A stretch of 39,199 bases of DNA from Natronohydrobacter sp. (GTDB lineage: Bacteria; Pseudomonadota; Alphaproteobacteria; Rhodobacterales; Rhodobacteraceae): contig SKIM01000024.1 of NCBI GenBank assembly GCA_007116445.1, forward strand, positions 1-39,199. The letters run 5' to 3'. Below the pieces are notes generated by a model. The model was not told where the DNA came from and ran no database searches. It worked only from the letters and a program-made list of their open reading frames with translations. Every line of letters begins with the position of its first letter. Within the stretch, counting starts at the first letter, position 1. Below are positions 37,913-39,199 of the stretch, one piece after another. The position numbers were made by a program, and so were the translations under genes.

Positions 37913-39121
37913 TCAGCCCCCGTCAGAGCGTTGCGGCGCGACCCGGCCTGCAAGCAATCGCACCGCCTCGGTCAGATCAGCCAGATCAGCGCGCAACTCC
38001 GCAGTTGTCTCGACACGACCAGCGGACAACTCTTCGGAAATACGCAAAAGCTGCGCGTCGATATTGCGCAGACGCAGACGCGTTTCAGCCTGCGCCGCAG
38101 GGCTGATCGTCTCGGCCTGCGCCTGAAAATGCGCCAGAAGTGCTTCCTGACCATAAGCGAGACGATCAAATTCAGGACGCATATCGACAGAGCGCGGCGC
38201 ATCATCATCCGTCTGCCGACCTTCAGCCAGCCGGTCTATTGCCGCGACCAGATGACCCAAAGCCTGATCAAGCGCCGCGCGCTCCTGATCCGCGCGCAGC
38301 TGCTGACGGTACAGCAAGTCGATTTGCTCGGCCATCCCATCGAGCACCTGAACCACTGCCCCCATCTCGCCGCCGCTCTCGACATCCCCGGCAACGCCCA
38401 GCCGCGTGATGGAGCTCAGCCATTCTTCCAACTGGCGATAGAAGCGATTTTGGCCATGACCGGCAAAAAGTTCCAGAAGGCCCACCACGAGCGAGCCGGC
38501 AAGCCCCAGCAGCGACGAGGAAAACGCCGTACCCATGCCCCCAAGCTGCGCTTCAAGCCCCGACATCAGATTGTTGAAGACATCGATCCCCGTGGCGGAG
38601 TCATCAGGGGCGAGCGAGCGGATCGTGTCCACTACTGCCGGAACAGTGGTCGCCAGACCGTAGAATGTGCCCAAAAGACCAAGAAAGATCAGCAAAGATA
38701 TGATATAACGCGTGATGTCGCGCAGCTCATCAAGGCGTGTGGCAACCGAATCGAGTATCGAACTGGCCGAACTTGAGCTGATCTTGCTGCCCAGCCCGCG
38801 CCCACGCAACAAGGCCGCAAGCGGCGCAAGCAGCGCTGGCGGGACCGTGGCGTCATGACCCGGCACCTCTCCCACAAAGCCTTCGATCCAGATGATGGAC
38901 CGGTTGAGCTGGATCAACTGCCAGAAGGTCGCAAAGACGCCAAAGACAAAGACCAGAAAAATAAATCCGTTCAGCCAGATATTGGCCAGGAACACACCTG
39001 CGACACGCGGAAGTGCCACCCAGGTTCCAAGCCCTACCAGGGCCAGAACCACCAACATCAGGGCGATCTGGCGGATAGGCCGCGAAAAATATGTCTGCGT
39101 CCCGAGCTGGGATCTGGGCAT
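37913..39121 (-). CDS. MotA/TolQ/ExbB proton-channel family protein with a C-terminal helical tail
   Basis: LIFLGLLGTFYGL and GGMGTAFSSSLLGLAGSL channel helices, two N-terminal TM helices. Ends 4 nt upstream of the MotB-like gene. Start MPRSQ at 39121. Confidence 0.88.
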   Translation of the reverse strand: MPRSQLGTQTYFSRPIRQIALMLVVLALVGLGTWVALPRVAGVFLANIWLNGFIFLVFVFGVFATFWQLIQLNRSIIWIEGFVGEVPGHDATVPPALLAPLAALLRGRGLGSKISSSSASSILDSVATRLDELRDITRYIISLLIFLGLLGTFYGLATTVPAVVDTIRSLAPDDSATGIDVFNNLMSGLEAQLGGMGTAFSSSLLGLAGSLVVGLLELFAGHGQNRFYRQLEEWLSSITRLGVAGDVESGGEMGAVVQVLDGMAEQIDLLYRQQLRADQERAALDQALGHLVAAIDRLAEGRQTDDDAPRSVDMRPEFDRLAYGQEALLAHFQAQAETISPAAQAETRLRLRNIDAQLLRISEELSAGRVETTAELRADLADLTEAVRLLAGRVAPQRSDGG

Positions 39122-39199
39122 GATCTCTTGTCCTGATCCTCTGATGACCAAAGCCACCCTAGGTCACACAGCGGCTGCTTGCCAACCTGCATTTTCAAA

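Noticed and set aside
36697-38776. Long plus-strand ORFs (640 aa at 36854-38776, 397 aa at 36697-37890)
   Set aside because: Antisense shadows of the Ala-rich MotA/MotB-like genes. Low-complexity Ser/Ala/Arg translations with no motifs, as expected in GC-rich DNA.
36133-39121. Calling the MotA/MotB-like pair a Zorya defence system or the flagellar stator
   Set aside because: No zorC/D/E, defence-island or flagellar genes are in view, the context is housekeeping, and the very long coiled coil in the B subunit fits neither canonical system.

Overview
GC-rich chromosomal segment of an alphaproteobacterium, most consistent with Rhodobacteraceae/Paracoccaceae (judged by eye from gene content: Hint_2 protein, DUF2189 pair, frameshift-less prfB, DUF3772-MscS). 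It is mostly core genome. From left to right: a minus-strand operon with a long-chain acyl-CoA synthetase and a HAAT-type ABC transporter, carrying an inserted SAM methyltransferase; a divergent PAS hybrid kinase and OmpR-type regulator; usp; an FAH-family gene; mscS and cysK; a Hint-domain protein; tandem DUF2189 genes; prfB, PBP1A and amiC; a DsbA/ScsC-like gene; thrS; an MFS transporter; an alpha/beta hydrolase; a hisN-like phosphatase; an XRE regulator; a quinone oxidoreductase; yccA; proS; a hemerythrin-like gene; and a MotA/ExbB-like plus coiled-coil MotB/OmpA-like pair. I saw no rRNA, tRNA, CRISPR array, transposase, integrase or phage gene. The best leads are (i) a thrS leader hairpin presenting a CGU (Thr anticodon) loop next to the RBS, (ii) a non-flagellar MotAB/ZorAB-like pair with a ~400-residue coiled coil, (iii) the methyltransferase coupled inside the acyl-CoA/ABC operon, and (iv) 11-bp-phased repeats in the divergent promoter of that operon. 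All calls come from motif recognition by eye; no database searches were run.
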